Below are positions 17,082 through 27,553 of a stretch of DNA of 32,000 nucleotides, one piece after another. The notes under the pieces were generated by a model. It searched no databases, had not been told where the DNA came from, and saw nothing but the letters and a program-made list of their open reading frames with translations. This DNA is from Haloquadratum walsbyi C23 (GTDB lineage: Archaea > Halobacteriota > Halobacteria > Halobacteriales > Haloferacaceae). The position numbers were made by a program, and so were the translations under genes. The stretch covers positions 2,490,001-2,522,000 of the forward strand of contig NC_017459.1 of assembly GCF_000237865.1 (NCBI RefSeq), read 5' to 3'. Every line of letters begins with the position of its first letter. The stretch's first letter is position 1.

Positions 17082-17738
17082 TTACTCTGAGGAGTTATGA
17101 GCAATATTCTCAAAAAGCGTTCGGACACGTTGTCGTTCGGTCTCAGTGACTGACTGCGGATAACCACCACGAAGAATAATATAATCACCATCGTGTTCGA
17201 AGCGACTGATTAGCACCTCAATATCGATTGCCGGCGTCCCCGCAGTAACTGCTGAGAACACGCCAACGGTCGCCTCCGTCGAGAGTGACTGAATCGAGAA
17301 TTCACCACGTCGAGTTAGTTCTTGCAGTTGTGGAGCGCCATAATCGCTGAATCGACCTTGCGTACGCTCAAGTAATCCGCTAAGTTCAAGATCAGCGAGT
17401 GGATTGAACTGCTGTCCAACAATCGAAATTGACGGTGAGGTAAATACTGCGGCAATAAGCTCGCGTGAGACACCACGTTGTGAAATCGACCGCGTATATG
17501 TCCGGAGATGATTTGTTACCGTGACGTCGCGTTCTTGCCCAGCCGCTTCGACAGTTCGTTGTTGAATGATCTCCTCTTGCTGATCTGGATTATATCCGGC
17601 ATCGCTCAATCCTTGTTGAGTGATACGTCCAGGTGTCGCACTGAATGTAAACTCCTGTTGTGTTGCCCCACATCCACTCAACAGAGCTGTCAGAGTAGTC
17701 CCAGTGGCAAGAAGCGCCTGTCGACGTGTCAGCGTCAT
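17082..17738 (-). CDS. Tat-secreted lipoprotein, function unknown
   Basis: MTLTRRQALLATGTTLTALLSGCG contains a twin-arginine motif and a lipobox. The internal Met at 17738 is preferred as the start. Confidence 0.75.
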   Translation of the reverse strand: MTLTRRQALLATGTTLTALLSGCGATQQEFTFSATPGRITQQGLSDAGYNPDQQEEIIQQRTVEAAGQERDVTVTNHLRTYTRSISQRGVSRELIAAVFTSPSISIVGQQFNPLADLELSGLLERTQGRFSDYGAPQLQELTRRGEFSIQSLSTEATVGVFSAVTAGTPAIDIEVLISRFEHDGDYIILRGGYPQSVTETERQRVRTLFENIAHNSSE

Positions 17739-17943
17739 ATCGCTGATGTCAACTGGAGATGATATAATACTTCGCAGGCGTCGACTGGTCTCATCAACTC
17801 GCACTGCGAGGACCGATGTGGTAGCTGCTCAGTCTCCGGATAGAATGTACAGGCGGTTCGAGGCGACTGCCTCAGGGCTTGACCCCGGGGTGGGTTCACA
17901 GTATACGATAGGATATCGGAGTGTCGCCAAAAATAATCGGAGG

Positions 17944-17954
17944 GTTAAACAAAT
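17944..17954 (+). promoter_or_regulatory. TATA-box promoter of tRNA-Leu (GTTAAACAAAT)
   Basis: The motif TTAAACAAAT ends 25 nt before the tRNA 5' end. It is identical to the tRNA-Glu promoter motif. Confidence 0.6.
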
Positions 17955-17979
17955 GTGAGGACATTTCTGTGTATGTAGA

Positions 17980-18063
17980 GCGAGGGTGGCCGAGTCTGGA
18001 AAAGGCGGCGGACTCAAGATCCGCTCTCGTAGGAGTCCGTGGGTTCAAATCCCTCCCCTCGCA
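17980..18063 (+). tRNA. tRNA-Leu (anticodon CAA)
   Basis: The acceptor stem is GCGAGGG/CCCTCGC. The anticodon stem is GCGGA/TCCGC with loop CTCAAGA. It has a long variable arm (TCTCGTAGGAGTC) and T loop TTCAAAT. There is one U-U mismatch in the T stem. Confidence 0.85.
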
Positions 18064-18210
18064 TCATCGATTATTCTCATATATGAGCGATCGTCCGCGC
18101 GCCTGTGATTCCTGTCATATTGAGAGAATTGGATTAACGCTATTTTCTAGATTCGCTTGACGCTCATCTTAGTCGTAGCTTCAGTCTTAATGTCATAATA
18201 TCATCATAAA

Positions 18211-19224
18211 TTAGGTAATGACCTCGCTGACGTCCGCACGGTCAGCCCGACGGACTACAGCACGGACAATATCTTGTGCACCTGCAAGATTGTCTGAATC
18301 TCCATCTAAGACGAGCAGCTTTGCCTCACGACCTGGTTCGATGAGTCCGTAATCGAGATTGGCAATCTCAGCACCGTTGATTGTCGCCATTTCTAGGATT
18401 GTCCGCGCAGAGACATCTGCAAGTTTCGCAGTATACGCCATTTCGCGAAACATTGAGGGAGCGTTCAACATTGCATTATCAGTCCCAAGCGCGAGTGTTG
18501 TCCGCTCGGCAAGATCACTAATTGGAGGCACACCAACACCAGTCACGAGGTTTGACCGCGGACACACGACAGTTGGAATCTGCTCAGTAGCAAGTCGAGT
18601 GAGATGATCTGTATTGGGATAGACCATATGAACGAGGAAGTCTGGGTCAAGATTGAATGCAGGTGTGATATCATCTGCATCGCGCTCACCAGCATGAATT
18701 CCAAACAATTTATTCGCATCAAGGGTAGCTGAACGGATCTGTTCGAATTCACCATCGCGAGCGCCTGATGCACCAAATCCGTCGGCGGTATGCATTGCCG
18801 CTTCTGACTCACGACCTAATACAACTGTCTCGATTGGGAGATCCGAACCTGCTTTTCGGATAGCTTCGACACCGTCGACACCACCTTCGCGAAACTCAAT
18901 GCATGCGGCTGTTCCGGATGCTGTCATCAATCGGAGTGACCGCCGCATCGCAGCAACAATTTCATCTTGAGTTGCTGAATCAAGAAGTCGATGTTTAAGC
19001 CCATCCGGTGGAGCAACAAGTGCATCGAGCGATAATCCTGCACCGGCTTCTTTTGCAATTGAATCCCCGAGATGTGTGTGTGCGTTAATAAACGCCGGAA
19101 GAACGATATCCGTCGAGTCCACTGCTACTTCCTCAATTGTCACTATCTCTCCATTTTCAATGATAATCCGACCCTCAACAGGATCGAACCGCCGCCCATA
19201 AAGCAACGTTCCCTCGACGAACAT
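18211..19224 (-). CDS. amidohydrolase-superfamily metal-dependent hydrolase
   Basis: An HxH motif (AFINAHTHLGDS) near the N-terminus, later His/Asp blocks (GIHAGE, LVHMVY, LGTDN), 337 aa. Confidence 0.75.
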   Translation of the reverse strand: MFVEGTLLYGRRFDPVEGRIIIENGEIVTIEEVAVDSTDIVLPAFINAHTHLGDSIAKEAGAGLSLDALVAPPDGLKHRLLDSATQDEIVAAMRRSLRLMTASGTAACIEFREGGVDGVEAIRKAGSDLPIETVVLGRESEAAMHTADGFGASGARDGEFEQIRSATLDANKLFGIHAGERDADDITPAFNLDPDFLVHMVYPNTDHLTRLATEQIPTVVCPRSNLVTGVGVPPISDLAERTTLALGTDNAMLNAPSMFREMAYTAKLADVSARTILEMATINGAEIANLDYGLIEPGREAKLLVLDGDSDNLAGAQDIVRAVVRRADRADVSEVIT

Positions 19225-19519
19225 CGACTATCTATTGCGGATTATTTTGCTGGCGGTTTGAATACCTCGATCTGAAGACTTAATCAAAATACGACAGTGG
19301 GATAATTTGAAATATAGGATTGTCTCTGAGGCAACTTGGCATGCGTCTCAGAGCAATAGAGATCATATAATCACAGATTGTGAACGCAATAACGATTGAA
19401 TCCCAAAGAAGTTCCCTTCGGTAGCTTGAATCAAATCACTTCTTTATATTGAGTCTGTGAGTCAAATAAATAAGGCTCAAACGATTCACTGGCATTGAGT
19501 GCAGGCTAAAATAAAGATA

Positions 19520-20755
19520 TCAGTCGCTGAATTCATCGAGAGTTGCTGTGACTGTCTTGTGTTGGATATCGGAGACGGGTGCTCCTGAAATGTCGAGCCC
19601 CATTGTCTCAACAGCGTCGATCCCGGCACGATCTGTTGCTGTCGCAGGGACGTATACTCCAAGTCGCCATTGTTGTTTTTGTGCTGTACGAAGCGCTGAG
19701 ACAAGCGGTGATTGATCAGCGAGTCGTCGCACCTCACCACTGACAACTACCCGCGAGGAGGACTCTGTCATTGATGGGTGTCCAGGAATATCAATAATCA
19801 CTTCCTCTGAGTCAAGTCCTACACGGTCGGCGACCGTCCGCTCAAAAGACCGGATTGTATCATGATCTGCGTTAATAATCGACTCAGGGACCGTATCGAG
19901 TTCAGCCCAGACAGCACGCTTATACAGATCACGAGTATCAAGCCGTGAAGCAATATGAGTTGTTGCTTTTGTTGAACGGAGTGCAACATGGAGGTCGTGA
20001 TCATCCATTCGGCGTAACTGCGAAGCTGTGATTGCTGTTGTATCGGTAGTGATTAACTGTTCAGCTGCCCGGCGAAGCATTGTTTTTGAAATACGTGCTA
20101 CGTGGTGGCGGTAGACTGTTGGATTCATGAGCGCACGAGCAAGAAGTAGTGATTCAGCAGTCTGAACATTTCCTGCAGCAAGCACTAACTCATCATCAAC
20201 GAATGTCAGTGCACGGATAAGCCGCTCGTGATCGATGGTGCCATATGGAACACCGGTGTGATGCGCATCTCGAACTAAATAGTCCATTCGATCAACATCT
20301 AACTCACCAGAAATGAGTTGACCATATTTGCCATCTCCGCGAATAAGTGCTGCAATCCGTTCTGGGTCGTACCCACGATCAGAGAGTGTGTCACCAACAG
20401 CACTGTCAACTAAGAGGTTAGTGACATCATCATGATACTTGCCTGTGTAGCGGTGTATGACAGGTTCGAGATTATGACTGTATGGACTATGTCCAACATC
20501 ATGAAGTAATGCTGCGGCACGAAGGCGTTCAGCTCGGGGTCCGTCGAGATCGAGATGTGAGAGCGCACGGTTCATGAGATGATATACCCCAAGAGAGTGC
20601 TCAAATCGAGTATGATTAGCGGCTGGATAGACAAGATGAACAGTTCCGAGTTGTGTCACTCGACGAAGCCGTTGAATCGGGGGTGTATCAAGCAGTGCTG
20701 CTGCGACACCCTGTATCTCAATATGATCATGCACGCTGTCTTTGATTGTTGTCAT
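19520..20755 (-). CDS. HD-domain phosphohydrolase (SAMHD1/dNTPase-like family)
   Basis: RFEHSLGVYHL and AALLHDVGHSPYSH form the HD motif. DVDRMDYLVRDAHHTG is typical of this family. Confidence 0.85.
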   Translation of the reverse strand: MTTIKDSVHDHIEIQGVAAALLDTPPIQRLRRVTQLGTVHLVYPAANHTRFEHSLGVYHLMNRALSHLDLDGPRAERLRAAALLHDVGHSPYSHNLEPVIHRYTGKYHDDVTNLLVDSAVGDTLSDRGYDPERIAALIRGDGKYGQLISGELDVDRMDYLVRDAHHTGVPYGTIDHERLIRALTFVDDELVLAAGNVQTAESLLLARALMNPTVYRHHVARISKTMLRRAAEQLITTDTTAITASQLRRMDDHDLHVALRSTKATTHIASRLDTRDLYKRAVWAELDTVPESIINADHDTIRSFERTVADRVGLDSEEVIIDIPGHPSMTESSSRVVVSGEVRRLADQSPLVSALRTAQKQQWRLGVYVPATATDRAGIDAVETMGLDISGAPVSDIQHKTVTATLDEFSD

Positions 20756-20986
20756 ATGCGTACTGAGAGAGTAACTGTGATTATATTCATGTGGCTGTAT
20801 TCACTTGAGTAACATCATCAAATTAGTTATCATACGACACATATAATGCCTCCATGACGACATGCTAAGGTTTGAGCAGCGAACAAAGAGAATATCACAT
20901 ATCTGTGGTAGGTATAAAAACGGCTGAGCATAGGATACGATAGCCGTTGAGAGAATATTGAAACCACTGCTACTCATAGTATCAAT

Positions 20987-22048
20987 ATGGTTACTTTCCT
21001 CGCTGGCGGGACCGGCACACCGAAGCTCTTGCAGGGAGCACCAGCCGTTTTTGATCCCGCAGCGACGACAGTCATCGCGAACACCGGTGATGATGTCGAA
21101 CTTGCAGGTCATCTTGTGTGTCCAGATGTCGATACGGTATTATTCTCTGAAGGCGGGGTTCTCAATACCGATAGATGGTGGGGAATTGAAGACGATACCA
21201 CCGAGACACATACAGAAATCGCTAAGCTCGCGAATAAGGCAGGACTTGCTGATGACCCCCGATATCTAAGCGCAGATGAACAGACAAGTGGTCGAGAGAT
21301 TTCACGCTGGCGGCGATTCTCAGGCGTAGCTGAATTTATGGAGATTGGTGACCGTGACCGGGCTGTCCATCTTCTCCGAACATCATTACTTGATGAAGGA
21401 AAGCGCCTCACCGAAGTCATCGAGATACTTGCAGATGCGTTCGAAGTTGATATCAATCTGATACCGATGAGTGATGATCCCGTGTCGACATTAATACATA
21501 CAGAAGTTGGCGCGGAATCTGAAACGACCGAAAAGCAAACGACGGAGAATGAAAGTGAAACCGCTGAGACAGCGGCTGAGATAATGCATTTTCAGGAATA
21601 TTGGGTACATAATCGGGCAGAACCGCCCGTCCTAGACGTTGAGTTTCGTGGTGTGGATGCAGCAACACCGACACAATCGGTGAAAACTGCACTCACTGAG
21701 CCGGTTGTGATTGGACCATCAAATCCAGTCACAAGCATTGGTCCGATGATTGCAATGGATAAATTCGAAAGTGCACTGGAGGACACTTCGGTTGTTGCTA
21801 TCTCTCCATTCATCAATGATAGGGTGTTTTCAGGACCAGCAGCATCACTGATGAAAGCGGTTGGATTCGAACCCTCAACAGCAGGTGTTGCTGAGGCATA
21901 TCCATTCGCTGATGCATTTATTCTTGATACAGCCGACCAGACGACGCTTGACCGACCAGTTGTCAGAACCGATATAGAGCTAGATACTGATACTGACGCT
22001 AAACGTGTCCTACAGGCTGTTCAAACAGCATTCAAGAAAATATCATAA
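20987..22048 (+). CDS. cofD: CofD-family 2-phospho-L-lactate transferase (F420 biosynthesis type)
   Basis: The N-terminal [17 protein letters not shown] matches the CofD GGTGxxKL signature. It carries an acidic insert of about 25 aa ([23 protein letters not shown]). Confidence 0.8.
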   Translation: MVTFLAGGTGTPKLLQGAPAVFDPAATTVIANTGDDVELAGHLVCPDVDTVLFSEGGVLNTDRWWGIEDDTTETHTEIAKLANKAGLADDPRYLSADEQTSGREISRWRRFSGVAEFMEIGDRDRAVHLLRTSLLDEGKRLTEVIEILADAFEVDINLIPMSDDPVSTLIHTEVGAESETTEKQTTENESETAETAAEIMHFQEYWVHNRAEPPVLDVEFRGVDAATPTQSVKTALTEPVVIGPSNPVTSIGPMIAMDKFESALEDTSVVAISPFINDRVFSGPAASLMKAVGFEPSTAGVAEAYPFADAFILDTADQTTLDRPVVRTDIELDTDTDAKRVLQAVQTAFKKIS

Positions 22049-22824
22049 TGTTCACACCACGAGTTGCACTTGCAAGTCTTAGCGGTGAGGCGGACGCAAC
22101 ATGGGCAGAAAATGGAGCATCCGATGCTGGTGCAGCCTTTATTGGCGGTATCTCACTGGATACAGTCACACGAGATGCAGCACGTCAGCTTGTTGATAGA
22201 GGGCGGTGTGAATTCCTTCCATCAGATCCAATTGCATTTATTACGACCGAACTTGATGCACTCGCAGATGTCGCAATAACACCTGGCGTCAACGTCCGAA
22301 GTACGACACCGGAACCGGTGCGAGTAGTTGGAAGACACTGTGCGAAATACAATGCGATTCTGGAGATCAATGCTCATTGCCGACAAGATGAGATGTGCAC
22401 GGTCGGCGCTGGTGAGACGTTGCTTCAGGATAATGAGAGTCAGCTTCGTGAACTTATCAAAGCAGGTCGCGCTGGTGGCGCAATGGTCAGTGTGAAAGTT
22501 CGTTCTGGAATCGATGGTGTTGATCTCACAGCAATAGCACGGACGATTGCCGACGCTGGTGGAGAGATTATCCATGTCGATGCAATGGATACGGAGGTGT
22601 CAATCAAACAGATTGCAACGGCTGCTCCTGAATTGTTCATTATCGCGAATAACGGAGTTCGTGGGCATGAAAGCGTTCGCGAGTACTATGGATACGGTGC
22701 AGATGCAGTCAGTATCGGTCGTCCAAGCACCAATCGACATGTTCGCCGGCAAGTCCGCTGTGCTGCAGAGGATATATTTGAAACATCAAATACTGATATG
22801 CAACGTTCTCACATACAGCAATGA
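22048..22824 (+). CDS. archaeal NifR3/Dus-related TIM-barrel protein (putative flavin-dependent oxidoreductase)
   Basis: Dus-like block order: LASLSGEAD, EINAHCRQ, VKVRSG, IHVDAMD, ANNGV and GADAVSIGR. Its start overlaps the cofD stop (TAATG). Confidence 0.65.
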   Translation: MFTPRVALASLSGEADATWAENGASDAGAAFIGGISLDTVTRDAARQLVDRGRCEFLPSDPIAFITTELDALADVAITPGVNVRSTTPEPVRVVGRHCAKYNAILEINAHCRQDEMCTVGAGETLLQDNESQLRELIKAGRAGGAMVSVKVRSGIDGVDLTAIARTIADAGGEIIHVDAMDTEVSIKQIATAAPELFIIANNGVRGHESVREYYGYGADAVSIGRPSTNRHVRRQVRCAAEDIFETSNTDMQRSHIQQ

Positions 22825-22882
22825 CGGAGTCACGTGAAGCACTCAAGCATACTAACACCGGTAATTCGACAGAAGGTGAAAT

Positions 22883-23740
22883 ATGAGTCAGACAATTGAG
22901 CGGGATTCCGCAGCGAATGCGCAACTTGCATTATTACTCGATGTTGGGTCGGCTCCGAAGCCAGGAAATGTTGACCGCGATCACGATCTTTCGGAGTTAC
23001 GGATGGAGCACTTCTTTGCCGGAGCAATCGGCGCCGGTGAGGGACTGCGTCAAGCAGCCGAAGGGTCGGCTGTTGGAACTGCATTTGAGCGGGCAGTCGC
23101 CGGGATGAGCAATCAGGCTGGTGGGAATACACAGTTTGGCTGTTTATTACTTCTAATACCGCTTGTCCGGGCAGCCGGAGTTGAGGACACGGCATTCACA
23201 TCCGCAGGCGTTCGTTCTGTTGTTGAATCAACGACAGTTGCTGATGCGGCTGATTTCTATCGGGGATTCGAGTATGTTGATGTAGCGGTTGAGGACCCAC
23301 CTGAAGGGATGGCTGCACTTGATGTTCGCCGTGGGACTGATGCTATTCCAACACTTCGTGATCGTGACATGACGCTGTATGATGTGATGAGTGCGAGTAT
23401 AGACGATGGTAATGCCACTGAGTGGACAACCGGGTTTGAGCGAACATTCGAAACAGCAACAGCAATTGCTGCAGACAGTGGACCGCTTCCGAACCGGATT
23501 TCACGTGCGTTTGTTACCCGGCTTGCACAAGATGAAGATACGTTGGTGCGAACAGAGCATGGCAGTGATGTTGCAGCTGAGGTAAAGCAGCGGGCGCAAG
23601 CAGCTCGTGGCAATCCGGAGGCGATTGCGAAGCTGGATGAGTCCTTTGTCGAGGCTGGGATTAACCCGGGAACAACGGCGGATTTACTTGTAGCTGCCAC
23701 ATTCGTCACGCTCGAACAGGAAAACGGGGTAACGATATGA
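22883..23740 (+). CDS. CitG/MdcB-family triphosphoribosyl-dephospho-CoA synthase homolog
   Basis: LDVGSAPKPGNVDRDHD resembles the KPGLVD signature, and the C-terminal NPGTTADL block fits. 285 aa. Confidence 0.75.
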   Translation: MSQTIERDSAANAQLALLLDVGSAPKPGNVDRDHDLSELRMEHFFAGAIGAGEGLRQAAEGSAVGTAFERAVAGMSNQAGGNTQFGCLLLLIPLVRAAGVEDTAFTSAGVRSVVESTTVADAADFYRGFEYVDVAVEDPPEGMAALDVRRGTDAIPTLRDRDMTLYDVMSASIDDGNATEWTTGFERTFETATAIAADSGPLPNRISRAFVTRLAQDEDTLVRTEHGSDVAAEVKQRAQAARGNPEAIAKLDESFVEAGINPGTTADLLVAATFVTLEQENGVTI

Positions 23741-24495
23741 CAGAGATGTCGACAGTATGGCCGGTCGGTCTTCGTGGTGTGACAGAATCAATTGTGACGA
23801 CATATGGTCCAAATGACCGCTGGAACGCTGCTGCATTAGGGTTGCACGCACCTGACCCGGATTCGAACTCTACTCATAAATCTAAGGATGGGTCTGATAA
23901 GCAGAATAAAGAGTCAGAACGAAACACCGCCGGGTCGTATGAGTCAGGATCAGCCGCCGTGGAATCAGCAGCAGAATCTGAGACTGGCGATAAAAGTATT
24001 ATCACAGCAACAACGTGGGGAAATACACGTACACGTCGTAATTTCCACCGAGAAGGAGGTGGTGTGGTTCAGTTTGTCTCAGACCCACGAGCGTTTGTTG
24101 CAGCAGCAACAACAATCTATGAAGTAGATGAACCAGTACTTGATACTGCACACGCATGGGCAGAGGTGACCGTCGAGCATCTTGAGCAAGGCAAACGCGG
24201 TGGCACGCAATGGGAGCGCTGGGCAATACAACCCATTGAAACAGGCGTGATTGATCGCACAGTCCCAACAATCAACAGAGGGTTCGCAGCGGTCATCGAT
24301 GCAACTGTTGCTGCCTCTCGATTAACTGTGCCAAGCTACGATACCGATACGTTACTTGATCGTCTCCGATATTTTGCAGAGACAGTCGACCGGTGTGGTG
24401 GTCCACGAGAACGAGCAGCATTCGCACAATTAGATGCTGCGACAGAATGGCGCTCGCAACTCGATGAACCGGGGACAATTCCTGTCTTTGATTAG
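23737..24495 (+). CDS. DUF447-family (split-barrel, flavin-binding-like) protein with a low-complexity insert of about 50 aa
   Basis: The N-terminal GVTESIVTTYGPNDRWNAAALGLH and the later TWGNTRTRRNF...VVQFVSDP resemble DUF447. Its start overlaps the citG-like stop (ATGA). Confidence 0.6.
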   Translation: MTEMSTVWPVGLRGVTESIVTTYGPNDRWNAAALGLHAPDPDSNSTHKSKDGSDKQNKESERNTAGSYESGSAAVESAAESETGDKSIITATTWGNTRTRRNFHREGGGVVQFVSDPRAFVAAATTIYEVDEPVLDTAHAWAEVTVEHLEQGKRGGTQWERWAIQPIETGVIDRTVPTINRGFAAVIDATVAASRLTVPSYDTDTLLDRLRYFAETVDRCGGPRERAAFAQLDAATEWRSQLDEPGTIPVFD

Positions 24496-24545
24496 TGAGT
24501 GGATAGGAACGAATCGTTTTAGTGGTTTGTGGGAGAAATTTATCC

Positions 24546-24749
24546 ATGGCGATTAAACCAAAGTATGTCAAACAGCTTGGAACCCTCCTTCTTGAGGAGT
24601 ATCCACAAGCCTTCAACACGGATTTTGAGACGAATAAAGAAAGCGTTGAGACGCTAACGAATGTCGAATCAAAAGGTGTCCGAAACCGAATTGCGGGATA
24701 TATCACGCGTAAGAAAGGAAGTAACACGCCACCATCGGCATCCGCGTGA
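24546..24749 (+). CDS. rps17e: 30S ribosomal protein S17e
   Basis: MAIKPKYVKQLGTLLLEEYPQAFNTDFETNKESVETLTNVESKGVRNRIAGYITRKK is an unmistakable S17e sequence. The internal ATG at 24546 is taken as the start. Confidence 0.9.
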   Translation: MAIKPKYVKQLGTLLLEEYPQAFNTDFETNKESVETLTNVESKGVRNRIAGYITRKKGSNTPPSASA

Positions 24750-24772
24750 ATTATTAACATACTACGGATAAT

Positions 24773-24802
24773 AATAGTAGCAATAGCAATAGCAATAGCG
24801 AT
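24773..24802. repeat. hexanucleotide tandem repeat (AGCAAT)3-AGCGAT, intergenic
   Basis: aataat agt agcaat agcaat agcaat agcgat, read directly downstream of rps17e. Confidence 0.85.
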
Positions 24803-25059
24803 CAGAAGCAGTCGTATTGAGGACTCTCCTGCGGTAGTAAGGTGGAAGTCGTGATCGATAGGAACCTGATTTATTGACCGTTAGCTCATGATCATGGCTT
24901 TGTGCATTCATCCAAGCCATTTCACGCGAATCGTCCTAAGATCACATGGAAGCCATGGGATGTTGCTTTCATCTAGCTATTGAGTGTTGGCAACAACAGG
25001 CTTGCATACGGAATCGGCAGTGAACGGCTGAAACTGACCGAGATATCAATTTGTGATTT

Positions 25060-25356
25060 TCATCGGCCTATCCGTCCAGCCGCACTCCAATCATCGCGAG
25101 GAAGTCTATCACTGACACGCTGAAGACGGCGTCCTGATAATGAGTTAATCCGACCAGCGAATGCCCATCGGTCTCCATCCCGTGTCTCATCGTCCTCAGA
25201 CTTCTCAGCCGCAGTTGCAAGGGCAATCGCCGCAGCTCGTTCGCGATCATTAATATGTGCGGTTATCGCAGCAACAATCGCAGCAGCTTCATCTGCTGTC
25301 GCGTCATCGGGGATCGAGACAGTATATTCAATATCCGTAGTTGACGGTGCAGACAT
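25060..25356 (-). CDS. small acyl-CoA carboxylase-associated protein (PccX / acc-operon protein-like)
   Basis: A 98-aa Ala-rich acidic protein 5 nt downstream of the carboxyltransferase gene. This matches the position of the small essential subunit described for haloarchaeal propionyl-CoA carboxylase. Confidence 0.6.
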   Translation of the reverse strand: MSAPSTTDIEYTVSIPDDATADEAAAIVAAITAHINDRERAAAIALATAAEKSEDDETRDGDRWAFAGRINSLSGRRLQRVSDRLPRDDWSAAGRIGR

Positions 25357-25361
25357 GAGTA

Positions 25362-26906
25362 TTAAATTGGGAGATTTCCATGTTTTTTCTCAGGGAGTGA
25401 GCTACGTTTTGATCGTAGCATATCCATATCATCGATTAATCGTCGTCGCGTCTCAGTCGGTTTGAGAACACTATCAATAAATCCACGATCAGCGGCAGTG
25501 TATGGATTTGCGAATTCTTCACGATATTCTTCGATTAATTCATCACGGCGAGCTTCTGGGTCATCTGCGGCTTCGAGTTCATCGTCATAGAGGATATTGA
25601 CTGCCCCCTGTGGTCCCATCACGGCGATTTCAGCGGTTGGCCATGCATAATTAACATCGGCGCCAAGGTGTTTTGACGCCATCACGTCATACGCGCCGCC
25701 GTATGCTTTCCGCGTAATCACGGTTGCAAGCGGAACAGTTGCTTCTGAGTATGCATACAGTAGCTTCGCTCCATGACGGATGATTCCATTATGCTCTTGA
25801 TCAGTACCGGGTAAGAATCCGGGCACATCGACGAATGTCAATATTGGGATATTAAATGCATCACAGAAGCGCACAAATCGTGCTGCTTTCTCAGATGCCT
25901 CAATATTGAGTGTTCCGGCGTTTACACGTGGTTGATTTGCAACAACCCCAATCGCATGTCCATCAAGTCGAGAAAATCCGATGACAACATTCTGTGCGAA
26001 GTCCTCATGAACCTCAAAAAATGACCCCTCGTCAATAATCCCATTAATAACGTCATGGATATCATATGGCTTCCGTGGTTCATCTGGGACAACATTATTT
26101 AATGATTCATCACTGCGATCGGGGTCATCCCAGGGTTCGACTCGAGGAGGATTCTCAACATTATTCGATGGAATATATGAGAGTAATCGGCGGATATCAT
26201 CAAGTGCAGCTTCCTCAGATTCACACGCGAAATGAGCAACACCAGACGTCGATGCATGCGTAATAGCTCCACCAAGTTCTTCAAATGTCACCTCCTCGCC
26301 GGTGACAGTTTCGATGACATCTGGACCAGTGATGAACATATGACTTGTGTCCTCAATCATAAATGTGAAATCAGTAATTGCTGGCGAATACACAGCACCA
26401 CCAGCACAGGGACCCATGATGGCTGAGATCTGTGGAACAACGCCAGATGCCTCGGTATTCTGTCGGAAGATCTCACCGAAGCCACCGAGTGATTGCACAC
26501 CCTCTTGAATTCGTGCGCCGGCAGAATCATTGAGCCCAACGATTGGGGCACCAACCTCAACGGCTTTATCCATCACTTTTGAGACTTTTTCAGCGAATAC
26601 CTCACCAAGTGACCCACCAAAAACAGTGAAATCATGCGCAAAGACGAATGTTTTTCGACCATCGACATCACCATACCCCGTGACAACTCCATCGCCAGGG
26701 GGCTGTTTTTCTTCCATGCCGAATTTATGACTTCGATGAGTTCGAAATTGATCAATCTCATTAAATGTTCCCTCGTCGAAAAAATAATTAATTCGCTCAC
26801 GAGCGGTCATCTTTCCTTTTTGATGTTGTGCATCAATTCGGTCCTGTCCACCACCCTTGAGCGCGCGCTCACGCCGTTTCCGGAGTTTCTCAAGTCGATC
26901 CTCCAT
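25362..26906 (-). CDS. pccB: acyl-CoA (propionyl-CoA) carboxylase carboxyltransferase beta subunit
   Basis: The carboxyltransferase family is recognisable throughout ([34 protein letters not shown]). The start is placed at [13 protein letters not shown] (26906). A TTG at 26972, 29 nt from an AATATATT box, is an alternative. Confidence 0.9.
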   Translation of the reverse strand: MEDRLEKLRKRRERALKGGGQDRIDAQHQKGKMTARERINYFFDEGTFNEIDQFRTHRSHKFGMEEKQPPGDGVVTGYGDVDGRKTFVFAHDFTVFGGSLGEVFAEKVSKVMDKAVEVGAPIVGLNDSAGARIQEGVQSLGGFGEIFRQNTEASGVVPQISAIMGPCAGGAVYSPAITDFTFMIEDTSHMFITGPDVIETVTGEEVTFEELGGAITHASTSGVAHFACESEEAALDDIRRLLSYIPSNNVENPPRVEPWDDPDRSDESLNNVVPDEPRKPYDIHDVINGIIDEGSFFEVHEDFAQNVVIGFSRLDGHAIGVVANQPRVNAGTLNIEASEKAARFVRFCDAFNIPILTFVDVPGFLPGTDQEHNGIIRHGAKLLYAYSEATVPLATVITRKAYGGAYDVMASKHLGADVNYAWPTAEIAVMGPQGAVNILYDDELEAADDPEARRDELIEEYREEFANPYTAADRGFIDSVLKPTETRRRLIDDMDMLRSKRSSLPEKKHGNLPI

Positions 26907-27148
26907 CGTCACACGAAACCACCTACGTACATGCTCACGAGTGCTCGGGTGAAGAACAAAGGGTTTCCGCAATCCGACAACTTGGACTCACTAATTATCG
27001 AATATATTCTCTTCATCATTCAGTTATGACCATGATCGGTTTTACATCGACATCGACACGACTGGTGTGTATCTTGCGCTGAGTTTGACATATATACACC
27101 CAGAGAAATTTGCATGATTATTCATTCATATAAACCACAGTATAAAAC

Positions 27149-27361
27149 ATGATGTCGCTCACGAGTCAGTCGCCAATCGAGACGCTCAGATCACGATATG
27201 ATCAACTCGAAGATACCTGTCCATGGTGTGAGAATAAATATATTGAAAAGAGCTGGCAAGTCATGCACATGGATGCTGAGATACGATTTAAACACATTTG
27301 TTCAACTTGTGGGGCTGAGCGACAACAAGTCGTATCATTATCATTATCAAACACAGATTGA
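27149..27361 (+). CDS. small zinc-ribbon-like protein (70 aa)
   Basis: Two CxxC pairs (CPWC and CSTC) spaced about 25 aa apart. It is a stand-alone ORF in an intergenic gap. Confidence 0.45.
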   Translation: MMSLTSQSPIETLRSRYDQLEDTCPWCENKYIEKSWQVMHMDAEIRFKHICSTCGAERQQVVSLSLSNTD

Positions 27362-27553
27362 CCGAAGTGAAGAATAGCATAGTTTCGAGCAATGAGTTGA
27401 TACTGAACAGTCGAGTGACACGGATCAGCGTTCGCTATTGTCTCAGACGTGAATGATTATTTTGATAAATTAATCGAATATACCAACGATGCGTGCCTGT
27501 ATCGCCACGCTTTCAATTACTGGTATCAAATAGAATATTGGAGCATAATACCA

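Noticed and set aside
18074-18085. The perfect 12-bp palindrome CTCATATATGAG just downstream of tRNA-Leu as a regulatory site or recombination site.
   Set aside because: It is a single short AT-rich palindrome with no partner copy in the window. It is compatible with chance in AT-rich intergenic DNA or with a simple TATA-like or terminator context, so there is not enough evidence to call it.
19520-20755. The SAMHD1-like HD phosphohydrolase as an anti-viral dNTP-depletion defence gene.
   Set aside because: The gene sits among housekeeping genes (amidohydrolase, tRNA-Leu, cofD), with no neighbouring defence, mobile or hypervariable genes. To my knowledge this HD family is broadly conserved in archaea as a core gene. 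The window offers no support for a defence-island context.
21863-21873. tRNA T-loop-like strings (GGATTCGAACC at 21863-21873 and GGATTCGAAC at 23859-23868, read on the minus strand) as hidden tRNA genes or fragments that could mark integration sites.
   Set aside because: The flanking bases do not form a T stem, acceptor stem or anticodon arm. Both lie inside well-supported coding sequences (cofD and the DUF447 gene).
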